Origin: an uncultured Novosphingobium sp.
GTDB taxonomy: Bacteria; Pseudomonadota; Alphaproteobacteria; Sphingomonadales; Sphingomonadaceae
Assembly (NCBI GenBank): GCA_964573075.1
Contig: CAZNII010000001.1
Span: forward strand, 372 to 64,371
DNA: 64,000 nucleotides
Direction of reading: 5' to 3'
The notes beneath the pieces were generated by a model. The model made no database searches. It had not been told where the DNA came from and saw only the letters and a program-made list of their open reading frames with translations. The position numbers and the translations under genes are program-made. Position 1 is the stretch's first letter. Each line of letters begins with the position of its first letter. This document shows positions 1 through 9,378 of the stretch, in pieces.

Positions 1-879
1 GAACAGCGGCGCACCGTTGACGATCTGGTTGAGCACGCCGGGAACGCCAACGCATTCGAACACCACCGGCCGCTTCGGCCCGGCGCCAAGCGCTTCGGCC
101 ATACGCCAGGCGGTCCACCACGGCACCGGAACCTTTTCCAGCGCCTCGCGGGTTTCCACTGCCATTTCGAGCAGGCCGCCAAAGGTCGTGACCCAACCAT
201 ATTCCTCCCACGAGGAATAGGGGGAGCTCTCGCGCGGGTCGATCACCACATCGGCGCCGCATGCCTTGGCCAGCGCCCGGCGACCGGGCGAAAAGTCGCT
301 GGCGATCACGGTGCCGACCCCGCGCGCCTTGAGGATGGCGATCACCCCCAGCCCAACCGGGCCGCAGCCGATCACCACGGCAACGTCCTTCTTCTTCACC
401 TCGCTGCGCCGGACCGCGTGCCAGGCTACCGCCATCGGTTCGCTCAGCGCGGCCATGTCGTCCGACAGGCCGTTGGGCACCGGCATCAGCACCAGTTCGT
501 CCAGCAGCATCATTTCGGCATAGCCGCCGTTCGACCGGGGCGAGAGCCCGGCCATGTCGATCTCCTTGCCCCAGCGCACGATCGGCGGAGACACCACACG
601 GGTGCCGGGCTTGAGCTTGCGCTTCGAACCCGGGCCGTAATCGAGCACCTCGGCACAGATCTCGTGACCGAAGACGAAGGCATCCTTCGCTGAAGGCAGC
701 GCTGGATAGCCGACCCGGTCGTTGACCGCCTTCAGTTCGTCGCAATGGTGGCGCATGTGCAGGTCCGATCCGCAGATCCCGCAGCGCAGCACCTTGAGCA
801 GGGCGTGGCCCTGTTGGGGGACGGGATCGGGCAGGGTTTCGACCCGAAGTTCTCCGTTCTGGCAGACGACTGCTTTCAT
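1..879 (-). CDS. Zinc-dependent alcohol dehydrogenase (MDR family), 3' end runs off the window
   Basis: Not in the ORF track. The minus strand from ATG at 879 reads MKAVVCQNGELRVETLPDPVPQQGHALLKVLRCGICGSDLH..., with FGHE and GCGPVG motifs further on. The start overlaps the upstream stop (TAATG). Confidence 0.9.
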   Translation of the reverse strand, partial: MKAVVCQNGELRVETLPDPVPQQGHALLKVLRCGICGSDLHMRHHCDELKAVNDRVGYPALPSAKDAFVFGHEICAEVLDYGPGSKRKLKPGTRVVSPPIVRWGKEIDMAGLSPRSNGGYAEMMLLDELVLMPVPNGLSDDMAALSEPMAVAWHAVRRSEVKKKDVAVVIGCGPVGLGVIAILKARGVGTVIASDFSPGRRALAKACGADVVIDPRESSPYSSWEEYGWVTTFGGLLEMAVETREALEKVPVPWWTAWRMAEALGAGPKRPVVFECVGVPGVLNQIVNGAPLF

Positions 880-1538
880 TACGCACCTCCGATCAGGGTC
901 TGGAGCCAGGCAGCGAGCAGGAACACGATCACCGCCCCGGCAATCGCCAGCTGGCGGAAATCGGGGATCACCAGTTCGCGCTTCACCGGAACCAGCGCCA
1001 TGTGCATGGCATAGGACTTGAAGTCGGCCTTGGTCAGGTACTGGCGGTCGGTCAGCAGTTCGAAGAAATGCCGGCGGCTGGGGTAATGGACCACCAGAAT
1101 CCGGGTCCAGTTGTCTTCCGCCGGATCGGTGCTACCGACCGCATTGCTGTCCTCGACTGTGCCCGCGAAAATCGGAAAGGCGCCGCTTTTCAGCAGGATC
1201 GGCTTGGCATTGGCCTCGTAGATCTCATTGGATTCGTGCGGCGTTCCGGTGAATGATCCGGCCGGGGCAGGGCCCTTGGCCATGGTTTCGTGATAGCGCA
1301 GCAGGTTGAGCATGTAGATGTCGCGCCCGTCGTCGTTCTCGCCAAAGCGGCGCAGCCGGGCGACCCAGGCCGCGCGATCCTGATCGGCGGGAACAGGGAA
1401 TTGCGCTTCGACCACTTCGCAATAGCGATCGATTTCGGCCTTGCTGAGCGGACGGCGCGGCTCCTGCTTGCGCCAGACCCAGAACACGAAAGCGCACAGG
1501 ACCGCGCCGAGCACGATCAGGAACAGGGGGCTGTTCAT
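879..1538 (-). CDS. DUF1330-like protein with N- and C-terminal transmembrane segments
   Basis: Start trimmed to MNSPLFLIVLG (ATGA overlap with the upstream stop). Motifs YMLNLLRY and W-x-R-ILVVHYPSRRHF resemble DUF1330. Both termini are hydrophobic. Confidence 0.7.
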   Translation of the reverse strand: MNSPLFLIVLGAVLCAFVFWVWRKQEPRRPLSKAEIDRYCEVVEAQFPVPADQDRAAWVARLRRFGENDDGRDIYMLNLLRYHETMAKGPAPAGSFTGTPHESNEIYEANAKPILLKSGAFPIFAGTVEDSNAVGSTDPAEDNWTRILVVHYPSRRHFFELLTDRQYLTKADFKSYAMHMALVPVKRELVIPDFRQLAIAGAVIVFLLAAWLQTLIGGA

Positions 1539-2356
1539 TGGTTCGTTCCTTCTTTGAAGAAGTCGATCAGCAGGGCATTGACCTGTTCGGGGGCATCGAT
1601 CTGCAGCCAGTGGCCCGCACCCTCGACCAGTTCGAACCGGAACGGCCCATCGACATAGGCGGCGCTGCCGGTCATCTGGGCCTTGGCCAGATAGCGGTCG
1701 CCGTCGCTGTAAATCCCGAGCACCGGGACCCTGACCTTCGACCGCTCGGGTTTGAGCAGGATGCCGATGTTGGCACGGTAATAGCTGATCCCGGCTGTCA
1801 GTCGCCCGGGCCGCCCAAGCTTGGCGGTCCAATTGGCCAGTTCCGGGTGATGATCGGTGAACCGGCGGAAAAACGCCCAGTCCCGCGCTTTGATCAGCCA
1901 TTCGGCGAAACCGCGCAGCTGAAACATCAGCACGTACCAGCCCTTGAGCTTCTGCTCGAGCGGACCTGCGGCGTAGGCCGCAGCATGGCCGACCGAAAGC
2001 GCGGCATAGCGTTCGATCCGTTCGGGATGCCGGGCGGCAAAGACCCAGCAGATCACCGCGCCCCAATCGTGCCCGACCAGCTTTACCCGCTCGATCCCCA
2101 GCGCGTCGAGGATTGCGACCAGATCGGCGACCAGACGGGGGAGGGCATAGTCGCTGGTTCGCGGCGGCATGTCGCTCTCGCCGCAGCCGCGTGTGTCCGG
2201 CGCTATCACCCGGTATCCGGCGGCGACCAGCGCCGGCACCTGTCCCCGCCAGATCGTGTGATCGTCGGGAAAGCCGTGGACGAGCAGCACCGGCTCGCCA
2301 GTGCCCTCATCGAGGACGTTGAACGTCAGACCGTCCACTGTGAGCCGATGCTGCAA
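1535..2356 (-). CDS. Alpha/beta hydrolase, epoxide hydrolase/haloalkane dehalogenase-like
   Basis: HGFPD, GHDWGA nucleophile motif and GAGHW catalytic His. TTG start at 2356 is preceded by a GAGGAG RBS. Confidence 0.88.
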   Translation of the reverse strand: MQHRLTVDGLTFNVLDEGTGEPVLLVHGFPDDHTIWRGQVPALVAAGYRVIAPDTRGCGESDMPPRTSDYALPRLVADLVAILDALGIERVKLVGHDWGAVICWVFAARHPERIERYAALSVGHAAAYAAGPLEQKLKGWYVLMFQLRGFAEWLIKARDWAFFRRFTDHHPELANWTAKLGRPGRLTAGISYYRANIGILLKPERSKVRVPVLGIYSDGDRYLAKAQMTGSAAYVDGPFRFELVEGAGHWLQIDAPEQVNALLIDFFKEGTNQ

Positions 2357-2367
2357 GCCCCCTCTCC

Positions 2368-4152
2368 TCAGAGCCCGATTGCCGCCCGGTCGGCCGCGCC
2401 GCCTTCCGGTTCGATGCAGACAAAATTCGGCCGCCCGTCCTCGATCGCTGCAGCCGGCATGTTCGAACTCGACGAGCAGACCTGGCCATCCTCGGTGAAC
2501 GAGAAATCGCGTAGCACCGTCACCCGGGTCGGGCTGGGATAGGTGAAGAAGGTCTTGGTCGCGGGATCGAAGCGGATGATCCGGTCGGAATTGTTTGCCG
2601 CCATCCACACCTGGCCGGTCTTGCGATCGACATTCAACGCATAGGGCGTTTCGTATTCATCCTTGCCGATCGAAGGGATCCGCCAGGTTTCCCACTTTTC
2701 GGTCTTAGGATCGAACCGCATCAGCCCGCCTTCGTCGAAGGCCGGGATCCAGAAGATGCCCTGGGCATCGAAGCGCGGCCGGCGCGGCCCGATCATCGGC
2801 GTGTCATATTCCTTCACTTCCATCGTCTTCGGATCAATCCGGCCGATCTTGCTGGCATAGAGCTTGGCGTACCAGATCGAGCCATCGACCGGGTTGACGT
2901 CGATCCCGTAAGGGAAAGCCAGGATCTGCTCGCCGAAGAAGCGGTGGGTCGAAAGGTTGAGGTGCACCGCCTGGTCGGGGAACCAGCTGCCGATCCGCAT
3001 CAGGGTTGGGAACAGCTGGTCGGTCAGCCACCGCAGTACGCCGTTCGACGGCAGCCGCATCACAGTCATCTGTTCGGTCTTGGGATCGAAGCGACCGATC
3101 TGGTTGGAGGCAACAATCGTGAACCAGACGATATCGTTGGCATCGACCCGGATGGTGTGCGGGTAAAGCGCATCGTGCCCGACCGGATAGGTCTTGAACG
3201 CCTTGGTCTTGGGATCGAAGCTCATCAACGTGCTGGACAGTGCGTTGGTGATCCAGATCCGTCCATCGCTGGTCTGGGCCATCGAATGGGGGCCGTGCTG
3301 CCCGGTGAACTGGCCGATCGGCAGCTTCATGCCCGAAAAGATCCCGCCGCGCGGCAAGTCGCTGCCGGGCAGCTTATATTGCTCGATCTTGCCGGTTTCG
3401 CGGTTGAGCACCCACAGGATGTCGTGGCCCTCGTCGGTGCCATAAAGCATCCCGTCAGCGGCCACGTCGGCATCGTGAATGAAGGTATAGCCATCGCCGA
3501 CCAGCCATTCGCGCACCTTGGCGCGCGAAAGTTCGGCGCTGGCGCCATAGTTCTGGCTGGCTTCGAACGGCTTGCCATCGAACCCCTGCCACAGCACTTT
3601 GGCGATGGTCCGGCCTTCGGCCTTGCTGGGCATGGCCAGCATGTTTTCCATCTTGTCGACTTCGGCGATCCACTGTTCGTGGTCGCGCGGCACGCGGGTC
3701 CAGCTGTTGCCCATCTGGTGGCAATAGTTGCACTGGCTGACAAAGGCCGGCCGATCGCGCTTGACGTCCGGCCAGGGCAGCCGGGCGTTGAAGGCCGATG
3801 CCGAGAGGCTGTTGTTCATCTCGGCCAGGTCGGCGAATTGGCCAAGCGCAAGGTCAAGCCGGGCCGATCCGGTGGCACTGGCCTGCTGTTCGCTGACCCC
3901 GTCCTGAAAGCCCGCCAGGCGCACCCGCACCTTGAGCTTGCCGGCATAGGGGGTGCGGATCGCATAGGAGCCGTCGGCGGCAGTATAGACAGTCTGGCGA
4001 CGCTCGCCGTCGGCGTCGAACACGGTGACCATTGCGCCATAGGCCGGGCGGCCATCGGGCAGGGTGACCTTGCCGGCAAAGTTCGCGGCCTGGGCCAGGA
4101 TCGGCTGGAACAGCGCGGCGATCGCGGCAATCGTGGTGGCAGTTCTCTTCAT
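2368..4152 (-). CDS. Secreted protein: carboxypeptidase-regulatory-like domain + single CxxCH heme motif + Vgb (virginiamycin B lyase)-like beta-propeller
   Basis: Signal peptide MKRTATT...AQA. G-x-V...G-x-Y Ig-like N-domain, CNYCH at 3718-3732, then repeated IWF...IGRFDPKT blades. Confidence 0.75.
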   Translation of the reverse strand: MKRTATTIAAIAALFQPILAQAANFAGKVTLPDGRPAYGAMVTVFDADGERRQTVYTAADGSYAIRTPYAGKLKVRVRLAGFQDGVSEQQASATGSARLDLALGQFADLAEMNNSLSASAFNARLPWPDVKRDRPAFVSQCNYCHQMGNSWTRVPRDHEQWIAEVDKMENMLAMPSKAEGRTIAKVLWQGFDGKPFEASQNYGASAELSRAKVREWLVGDGYTFIHDADVAADGMLYGTDEGHDILWVLNRETGKIEQYKLPGSDLPRGGIFSGMKLPIGQFTGQHGPHSMAQTSDGRIWITNALSSTLMSFDPKTKAFKTYPVGHDALYPHTIRVDANDIVWFTIVASNQIGRFDPKTEQMTVMRLPSNGVLRWLTDQLFPTLMRIGSWFPDQAVHLNLSTHRFFGEQILAFPYGIDVNPVDGSIWYAKLYASKIGRIDPKTMEVKEYDTPMIGPRRPRFDAQGIFWIPAFDEGGLMRFDPKTEKWETWRIPSIGKDEYETPYALNVDRKTGQVWMAANNSDRIIRFDPATKTFFTYPSPTRVTVLRDFSFTEDGQVCSSSSNMPAAAIEDGRPNFVCIEPEGGAADRAAIGL

Positions 4153-4165
4153 CGCGGATGCTCCC

Positions 4166-4570
4166 TCAGGCCGCGCTTGCGGCGGGGTTGAACCAGGCGT
4201 GGAGCGGCTTGCCGCGGCGCAGGCCGAGCAGCAGGGCCGGCGCGGCAAGGCCGACTGCCGGGCCGCCGGTCAGCAGGTTGACCAGCAGCGAGACGCCCGA
4301 AACGTCGAGCTTGCGGTCGCCCAGGAAGTCACCAAAGGCCAGGACCAGCACCAGCAAGGTGCCACTCAACAGGTTGACCATGGTCACCGCCTTGAACAGA
4401 CGCCCCGCCTTGCCCAGCCAGAGCAGCGCGGCCATCAGCAGGGCCACTGCTGCGGGCACCAGATAACCATTTGCACTAAGCCCGAACCAGCCAACCAGCA
4501 GGCCCAGGATCAGCATCAACACGGCGAGCAGCCGGGCCGAGCCCGGTCGTTCGGTCTTTTGCATGGGCAT
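4166..4570 (-). CDS. Small hypothetical membrane protein (about 4 TM)
   Basis: 134 aa, mostly hydrophobic. First gene of the operon, with a GGGAGGGG RBS-like stretch upstream. Confidence 0.65.
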   Translation of the reverse strand: MPMQKTERPGSARLLAVLMLILGLLVGWFGLSANGYLVPAAVALLMAALLWLGKAGRLFKAVTMVNLLSGTLLVLVLAFGDFLGDRKLDVSGVSLLVNLLTGGPAVGLAAPALLLGLRRGKPLHAWFNPAASAA

Positions 4571-4658
4571 TCCCCTCCCGTATAATCCTCGGTGGACTGG
4601 CTAACATCCGGCCGGACACAAAAGTTGACTTTGCGCGCCAAAGTGCTTTGCTGCCCGG

Positions 4659-5663
4659 ATGGTCAAATGGGTCCGCAGCGGGGTGATGGAGGGCGCGCCG
4701 GAACTGGTTGCCGAGCTGGGCGGAGACTACCGCGCGCTGGCCCGCGAGACCGGGATGCCGCTCCGCCCTCTGGCCAATCCCGACCTGCCGATCCGGGTCG
4801 ACCGGTTCGTGGTCTTCATGGAACTGGCCGCTGCCCGGCTGGGCGAGCAGGCCTTCGGTTTGCGGCTCGGGCAGTTGCAGAACCTGGCGCTGTTCGGACC
4901 GATGGCGCCCTTGCTGGGCAATGCCGCGACTGTCGAAGGCATGATCCGCGACCTGGCGGACTATTTCCCGCTGCACACCCAGGGCACGATCGTCGGGCTC
5001 GAGCCGGTCGAGGATGGCCTGCTGCTGACCTACGAGCTGACGGCGGAGGCGGGCAGCCAGCAGCGCCAGGTGGTCGAGCTGGGCTTCGGGGTCATGCTGC
5101 GCCAGATGCGGCGGCACCTTGCGGGATGGGTTCCCGGCGCGGTTATGCTGCGCCATGCCCCGCCGGCGGATCGGACCTGGCATCGCCGGCTGCTTGGCGA
5201 AAACGTGATCTTCAATGCCGATCGCAACGCCTTGTTTCTTGACCGCGAGCTGCTGGCCAGGCCGATCCCCGAGGCCGATCCCTCGGTCCATGGTTCGCTT
5301 GCGGCCCAGTATGGCGCGGCTGCCCGTCAGGCCGGCGGGATCCTGGTCTTGCGGACCGAGGCGCTGGTTAGGGGGATGTTGCCCTTCGCCCCGATCGATC
5401 TGGACATTGCGGCGCGGATGCTGCGTCATTCGCGTCGCACCCTGCAACGCCGTCTGGCTGACGAGGGTACCAGTTTCGAAGCGTTATTTTCGCGGGTCCG
5501 GGCCGGATTGGCACTATCCTATCTCCGCGAATCGAGCCTCTCGGCCGGGGAAATTGCCGAAATCCTGCAGTTCTCGGAACCCAGCGCCCTGTCGCGCGCG
5601 GTGCGGCGCTGGTTCGGGCAGAGCCCGCGCGAAATCCGTCGGGCGGGGCCGGCTCAGCCCTGA
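4659..5663 (+). CDS. AraC-family transcriptional regulator (N-terminal arabinose-binding-like domain)
   Basis: C-terminal HTH SRRTLQRRLADEG...IAEILQFSEPSALSRAVRRWFGQSP. Divergent from the 4570 operon. Confidence 0.92.
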   Translation: MVKWVRSGVMEGAPELVAELGGDYRALARETGMPLRPLANPDLPIRVDRFVVFMELAAARLGEQAFGLRLGQLQNLALFGPMAPLLGNAATVEGMIRDLADYFPLHTQGTIVGLEPVEDGLLLTYELTAEAGSQQRQVVELGFGVMLRQMRRHLAGWVPGAVMLRHAPPADRTWHRRLLGENVIFNADRNALFLDRELLARPIPEADPSVHGSLAAQYGAAARQAGGILVLRTEALVRGMLPFAPIDLDIAARMLRHSRRTLQRRLADEGTSFEALFSRVRAGLALSYLRESSLSAGEIAEILQFSEPSALSRAVRRWFGQSPREIRRAGPAQP

Positions 5664-7015
5664 GGCACGACGCCCCGGTACAGCACCTTGCGCAGCAGCA
5701 GGATCACCGCCGCGCCGGCAAAGGCGATCCCGGCATCCATTGCCCAGAATGTCGAAGGCGCCATCTTGTCGAACAGCGTTCCGACCCCGCCCATCAGGGT
5801 ATGGGCCACGAACGGCGAGAGGAAGGCCACGCCCATCAGGGTCGAAGCGACCTGCGGCGGGGCGGCGCGGCTGACCAGGGCGAGGGTGGTGGGCCAGTAA
5901 TACATCCAGGCCAATCCCATGATCAGCCAGCCGGCGAGCGCCCAGCCGACATTGACAGTGTCGGGCTGGGTGGTGCCGAGGCTGCCGTAGGAGAACAGCA
6001 GCGCGGCGAGCCCGACAATCCCGGTGCCCAGGCCGATCTTGGTCACGCTGGTCGGCTCGGTATTGCGACCGGCCTGCCAGGCCCAGAACGAAACCAGCAA
6101 CGGCGCGGCGATGATCGCGCCGATCGAATCCATCGAGGCGAACCAGGTTGAGGGCACTTCGCCCAGCGGGGTGCCAAGGTTGACGTACTGATCAACCCAG
6201 ACGATCCCGATCGACCAGACCATCGGATAGGCGATCTCGGCCGGGATGGTCAGCGCGATGATCAGCAGCAGCACCAGCACCCGCCGCCATTCCTCGCGGG
6301 TCAGCGGGGCGGACTTTTCGCGGGTTCGGGCGACCGGGCGGTCATCGGGCAGGTGCCTTTGCCCCAGCACATAGGCGACCAGCGCCACCAGCATCAGCCC
6401 GGCCGCCACCGCAAAACCGGCATGATAGCCCCACAACTTCATGGCGATCCCGGTAATGAAGGGACCGCTGGCCGCGCCGATGCAGATCCCGGTCGAAAAG
6501 ATCGTGAAGCCGCGGGTGCGCAGCGATTCCGCCTCGCGCGGGTAGAGCGTGCCGACCTGGGCAGAGATGTTGCCCTTGAGGAAGCCGGACCCCAGAATCA
6601 GCAGCAGCAGGGCGAGCAGGAAGGTCGAATAGAACGACATCGCCAGGTGCCCCGCGCTCATCAGCAGCACCCCGATCATCACCGTGCGCTTGGCCCCCAG
6701 GATCCGGTCAGCCACCCAGCCGCCGACGATCGGGGTGAAATAGACCAGCCCGGCGTAGAGGCCATAGATCAACGAGGCGAGCGCCAGGTTGGTCAGATCA
6801 CCCATGAACAGGCCCAGCGCGCCACGCAGCCCGCCAAGTCCGATCACTTGCGCGGCGTTTTCGGGGAGCAGCAGCTCGTCCTTCATGTAGAGCGTCAGCA
6901 GCGCCGACATCCCGTAGAACGAGAAGCGTTCCCACATCTCGGTAAAGGACAGATAGTAGAGCCCCGTGGGATGCCCGCCGAACCGGCTTTCCGCCTGCTG
7001 CGCCATGCTTGCCAT
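5654..7015 (-). CDS. POT/PTR family proton-dependent oligopeptide MFS transporter
   Basis: GHPTGL, E-x-x-ERFSFYG motif, GGWVADRILG, GSGFLKGNIS. Confidence 0.92.
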   Translation of the reverse strand: MASMAQQAESRFGGHPTGLYYLSFTEMWERFSFYGMSALLTLYMKDELLLPENAAQVIGLGGLRGALGLFMGDLTNLALASLIYGLYAGLVYFTPIVGGWVADRILGAKRTVMIGVLLMSAGHLAMSFYSTFLLALLLLILGSGFLKGNISAQVGTLYPREAESLRTRGFTIFSTGICIGAASGPFITGIAMKLWGYHAGFAVAAGLMLVALVAYVLGQRHLPDDRPVARTREKSAPLTREEWRRVLVLLLIIALTIPAEIAYPMVWSIGIVWVDQYVNLGTPLGEVPSTWFASMDSIGAIIAAPLLVSFWAWQAGRNTEPTSVTKIGLGTGIVGLAALLFSYGSLGTTQPDTVNVGWALAGWLIMGLAWMYYWPTTLALVSRAAPPQVASTLMGVAFLSPFVAHTLMGGVGTLFDKMAPSTFWAMDAGIAFAGAAVILLLRKVLYRGVVPQG

Positions 7016-7039
7016 GTCCGATCACTCTCCCCCGGGACT

Positions 7040-7056
7040 TGTCTGTCAGGCAGACA
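7040..7056. promoter_or_regulatory. Palindromic operator-like site TGTCTG-N5-CAGACA upstream of the POT gene
   Basis: Perfect 6-bp inverted repeat 25 bp upstream of the start. The cognate regulator is unknown. Confidence 0.35.
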
Positions 7057-7443
7057 TAACAGGCATTGGCGCCCATGCCAGCATAGCGTGTGTTCGCGGG
7101 GGCGGCCGTCATCAGCCGCTCGAACGAACCGGGATCGAAGACAAACCCAGATCAAAGGCGCTGAGGTATGGCGCGGCGCAGCAATCTCGGAATCGACTGC
7201 TTCTGAGGGCAATTGGCGGCTTGATGTTCGCTGCCCACCCCGGCAGCACCGCCCGCAATTCAGCTTCGCCTTGCCTTTGCTGCCTGTGCCATTACCCGAA
7301 GGAAATTGCTGCGGTTGCTGCGCACGGGCTCGGCCGCGCTTTCCGATCATGGGCAGGACTTGGAGGTGAGCCGCTGTGCTTGCGTGGCATTCCTTCTCGG
7401 GCCAACCTCGATTCGCGCCATGCCGACACGGGACGAATCTCCA

Positions 7444-8565
7444 ATGACATATTCGCGAACCGCGTTTGCTCTCCTGGCACTGGCCACTAACGCCGGCTGC
7501 ACAGGACAAATGCCACCCACGCAGGCAGCGCCTGCACTTCGGGCGACAGCAGGGCCGACCTACATCAACTATGATGACCTGGCATGGACCGATGACCCGG
7601 GGATTCCGCTGCGCTCGGTGGCCCGGTGGAAGACGCTGCTTGGCTCGGGCGGTGTTTTCGGGGAAGGGCTGCCGGACAAGGACATGTACATCCGTCAGGG
7701 CGAGATGGGGCCCGGCGCAGTCTATCCAAAGCATAGTCATGACTCGCCCGAGTTCTGGTATTTCCTGTCGGGCACAGCGCGGTGGACTGTCGATGGTGTG
7801 ACATTCGACGTCGAACCCGGCTCCACCGTTTACCTCAAGCCGGGATCGGTTCGCACGGTTCGGATCACTTCGCGTCACAAGGCGGAGATCGTGCGGGGCA
7901 ACTGGGGCGTTGCCTGCAAGCGGGACGAAATGCTCGCCGCGTTTCGTCCGGGGACGTCGACGCCAGAAGAAAACAAGGCAAAGTACGTCTTTTTGGGCGA
8001 GCAAGGATACGCTGGCTACCCGCAACCCGACCGTGCGCGTTTGCCGAAATGGAATTATGGCAGCTCGCGGCAACCGGCCGAAGGCAGCGTTTCCAATCTT
8101 GCGCCAAGCGGCGCGCCGGATTCGGCAGCGCGCCTCATCCACCTGAATGAGCACGACGTCCGGTTTCCCGATGACCCGACGGGCGTCCGCCGGTGGAAGA
8201 AGCTGGTCGGAGACAGCAATGCAAACTGGGGCGAAGGCCTGCCGGACAAGGAACTATCGTTTGGTGTAGGAGAACTGGGTTCAGGCGGAGTTTACGATAA
8301 CCATCAGCATGCCTGGCCGGAATTCTACTACGTCATTTCGGGGCAGCTTACGGTTGCGGTCGATGGCAAAGAAAATGTCGCAAATCCTGGCGAATTGATT
8401 CTGCACAGACCCTGGGCAATCCATCGATCCGTGGTGACGTCTCGCAGCGAGGCGAAGGTGCTATGGGCCAATTGGGTGACAAATTGCGATCGCTCGGTCC
8501 TAAAGGCTCCTTATAAGATCTTCGGCCCGATGCCATCGCAACCCAAATCCGCTCGTCTGCGGTAA
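7444..8565 (+). CDS. Tandem (bi-)cupin lipoprotein, DddK/DddW DMSP-lyase-like
   Basis: Start trimmed to MTYSRTAFALLALATNAGC (lipobox-like). Two repeats, each with RWK-x-L..GEGLPDK..GE..GGxY..H-x-H..PEFxY..SG. Confidence 0.7.
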   Translation: MTYSRTAFALLALATNAGCTGQMPPTQAAPALRATAGPTYINYDDLAWTDDPGIPLRSVARWKTLLGSGGVFGEGLPDKDMYIRQGEMGPGAVYPKHSHDSPEFWYFLSGTARWTVDGVTFDVEPGSTVYLKPGSVRTVRITSRHKAEIVRGNWGVACKRDEMLAAFRPGTSTPEENKAKYVFLGEQGYAGYPQPDRARLPKWNYGSSRQPAEGSVSNLAPSGAPDSAARLIHLNEHDVRFPDDPTGVRRWKKLVGDSNANWGEGLPDKELSFGVGELGSGGVYDNHQHAWPEFYYVISGQLTVAVDGKENVANPGELILHRPWAIHRSVVTSRSEAKVLWANWVTNCDRSVLKAPYKIFGPMPSQPKSARLR

Positions 8566-8598
8566 CGGAAATGTGATCCTACTGGGGCGCACCCGCCA

Positions 8599-9378
8599 TT
8601 AGCGCCCTTTCCAGTTGGGGCTTCGCCCCTCGGCAAAGGCGCTGGGGCCCTCTTCGGCGTCTTCGGAGTGAATCGCGCGTTGATAGCTGGGGATCGCTCC
8701 GCCGCGCATCGCAGCATAGCCGGCCTCGACATCAAGATTTTTGGTGGCGCGGATCACATCCTTCGCAGCCTGGATTGCCAGCGGCGCGCTGGCGGCGACT
8801 TTATGGGCCAGCTCCAGAGCGGCTTCGATCAGGGCCTCGGGCGCTGCAATGCGGCTGGCGAGGCCATAATGCAGCGCCTCGGCGGCGGTGAGGCGGCGAC
8901 CGGTGAAGATCATCTCGGTAGCCAGCCGCTCGGGCAGGCATCTGGGCAGGCGCAGCAGGCCGCCCGAATCCGGCAGGATCCCCAGCTGAGCCTCTGGCAG
9001 CCAGAACTGCGCCGTCTCGCTCGCGACGATCAGGTCGGCAGCAAGCGCCAGTTCGAACCCGCCGCCTACGGCCAGCCCATTGACTGCCGCGATCACCGGC
9101 TTGGTCAGGGCGAAGTATTCAGTCAGCCCGGCGAAGCCGCCGGGGCTGTGGACCGCGTCAACCGCCTCGCCCTCATTCGCGGCGTTCAGGTCCCACCCGG
9201 CAGAGAAAAAGCGTCCGGCTCCCGTGATGATCCCCACTCGCAGCGAAGGATCGTCATCAAGGTCCTTGAACGCGGAATAAAGCTCCATGCTGGTGGCAAC
9301 GTCGATCGCGTTGGCTTTGGGCCGGTCGAGCTTGATGACCAGCACTTCGTCCCGGCGTTCCAGTCTGACGGCGCTCAT
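8599..9378 (-). CDS. Enoyl-CoA hydratase, crotonobetainyl/carnitinyl-CoA hydratase (CaiD/BcoD-like)
   Basis: DRPKANAID, FSAGWDL, GGFAG, GGGFELAL and PEAQLGILPDSGG, typical of CaiD. Confidence 0.88.
   Translation of the reverse strand: MSAVRLERRDEVLVIKLDRPKANAIDVATSMELYSAFKDLDDDPSLRVGIITGAGRFFSAGWDLNAANEGEAVDAVHSPGGFAGLTEYFALTKPVIAAVNGLAVGGGFELALAADLIVASETAQFWLPEAQLGILPDSGGLLRLPRCLPERLATEMIFTGRRLTAAEALHYGLASRIAAPEALIEAALELAHKVAASAPLAIQAAKDVIRATKNLDVEAGYAAMRGGAIPSYQRAIHSEDAEEGPSAFAEGRSPNWKGR

Noticed and set aside
7060-7440. Possible ncRNA or small gene between the POT and cupin genes
   Set aside because: Only imperfect inverted repeats and no convincing ORF, so there is not enough support.
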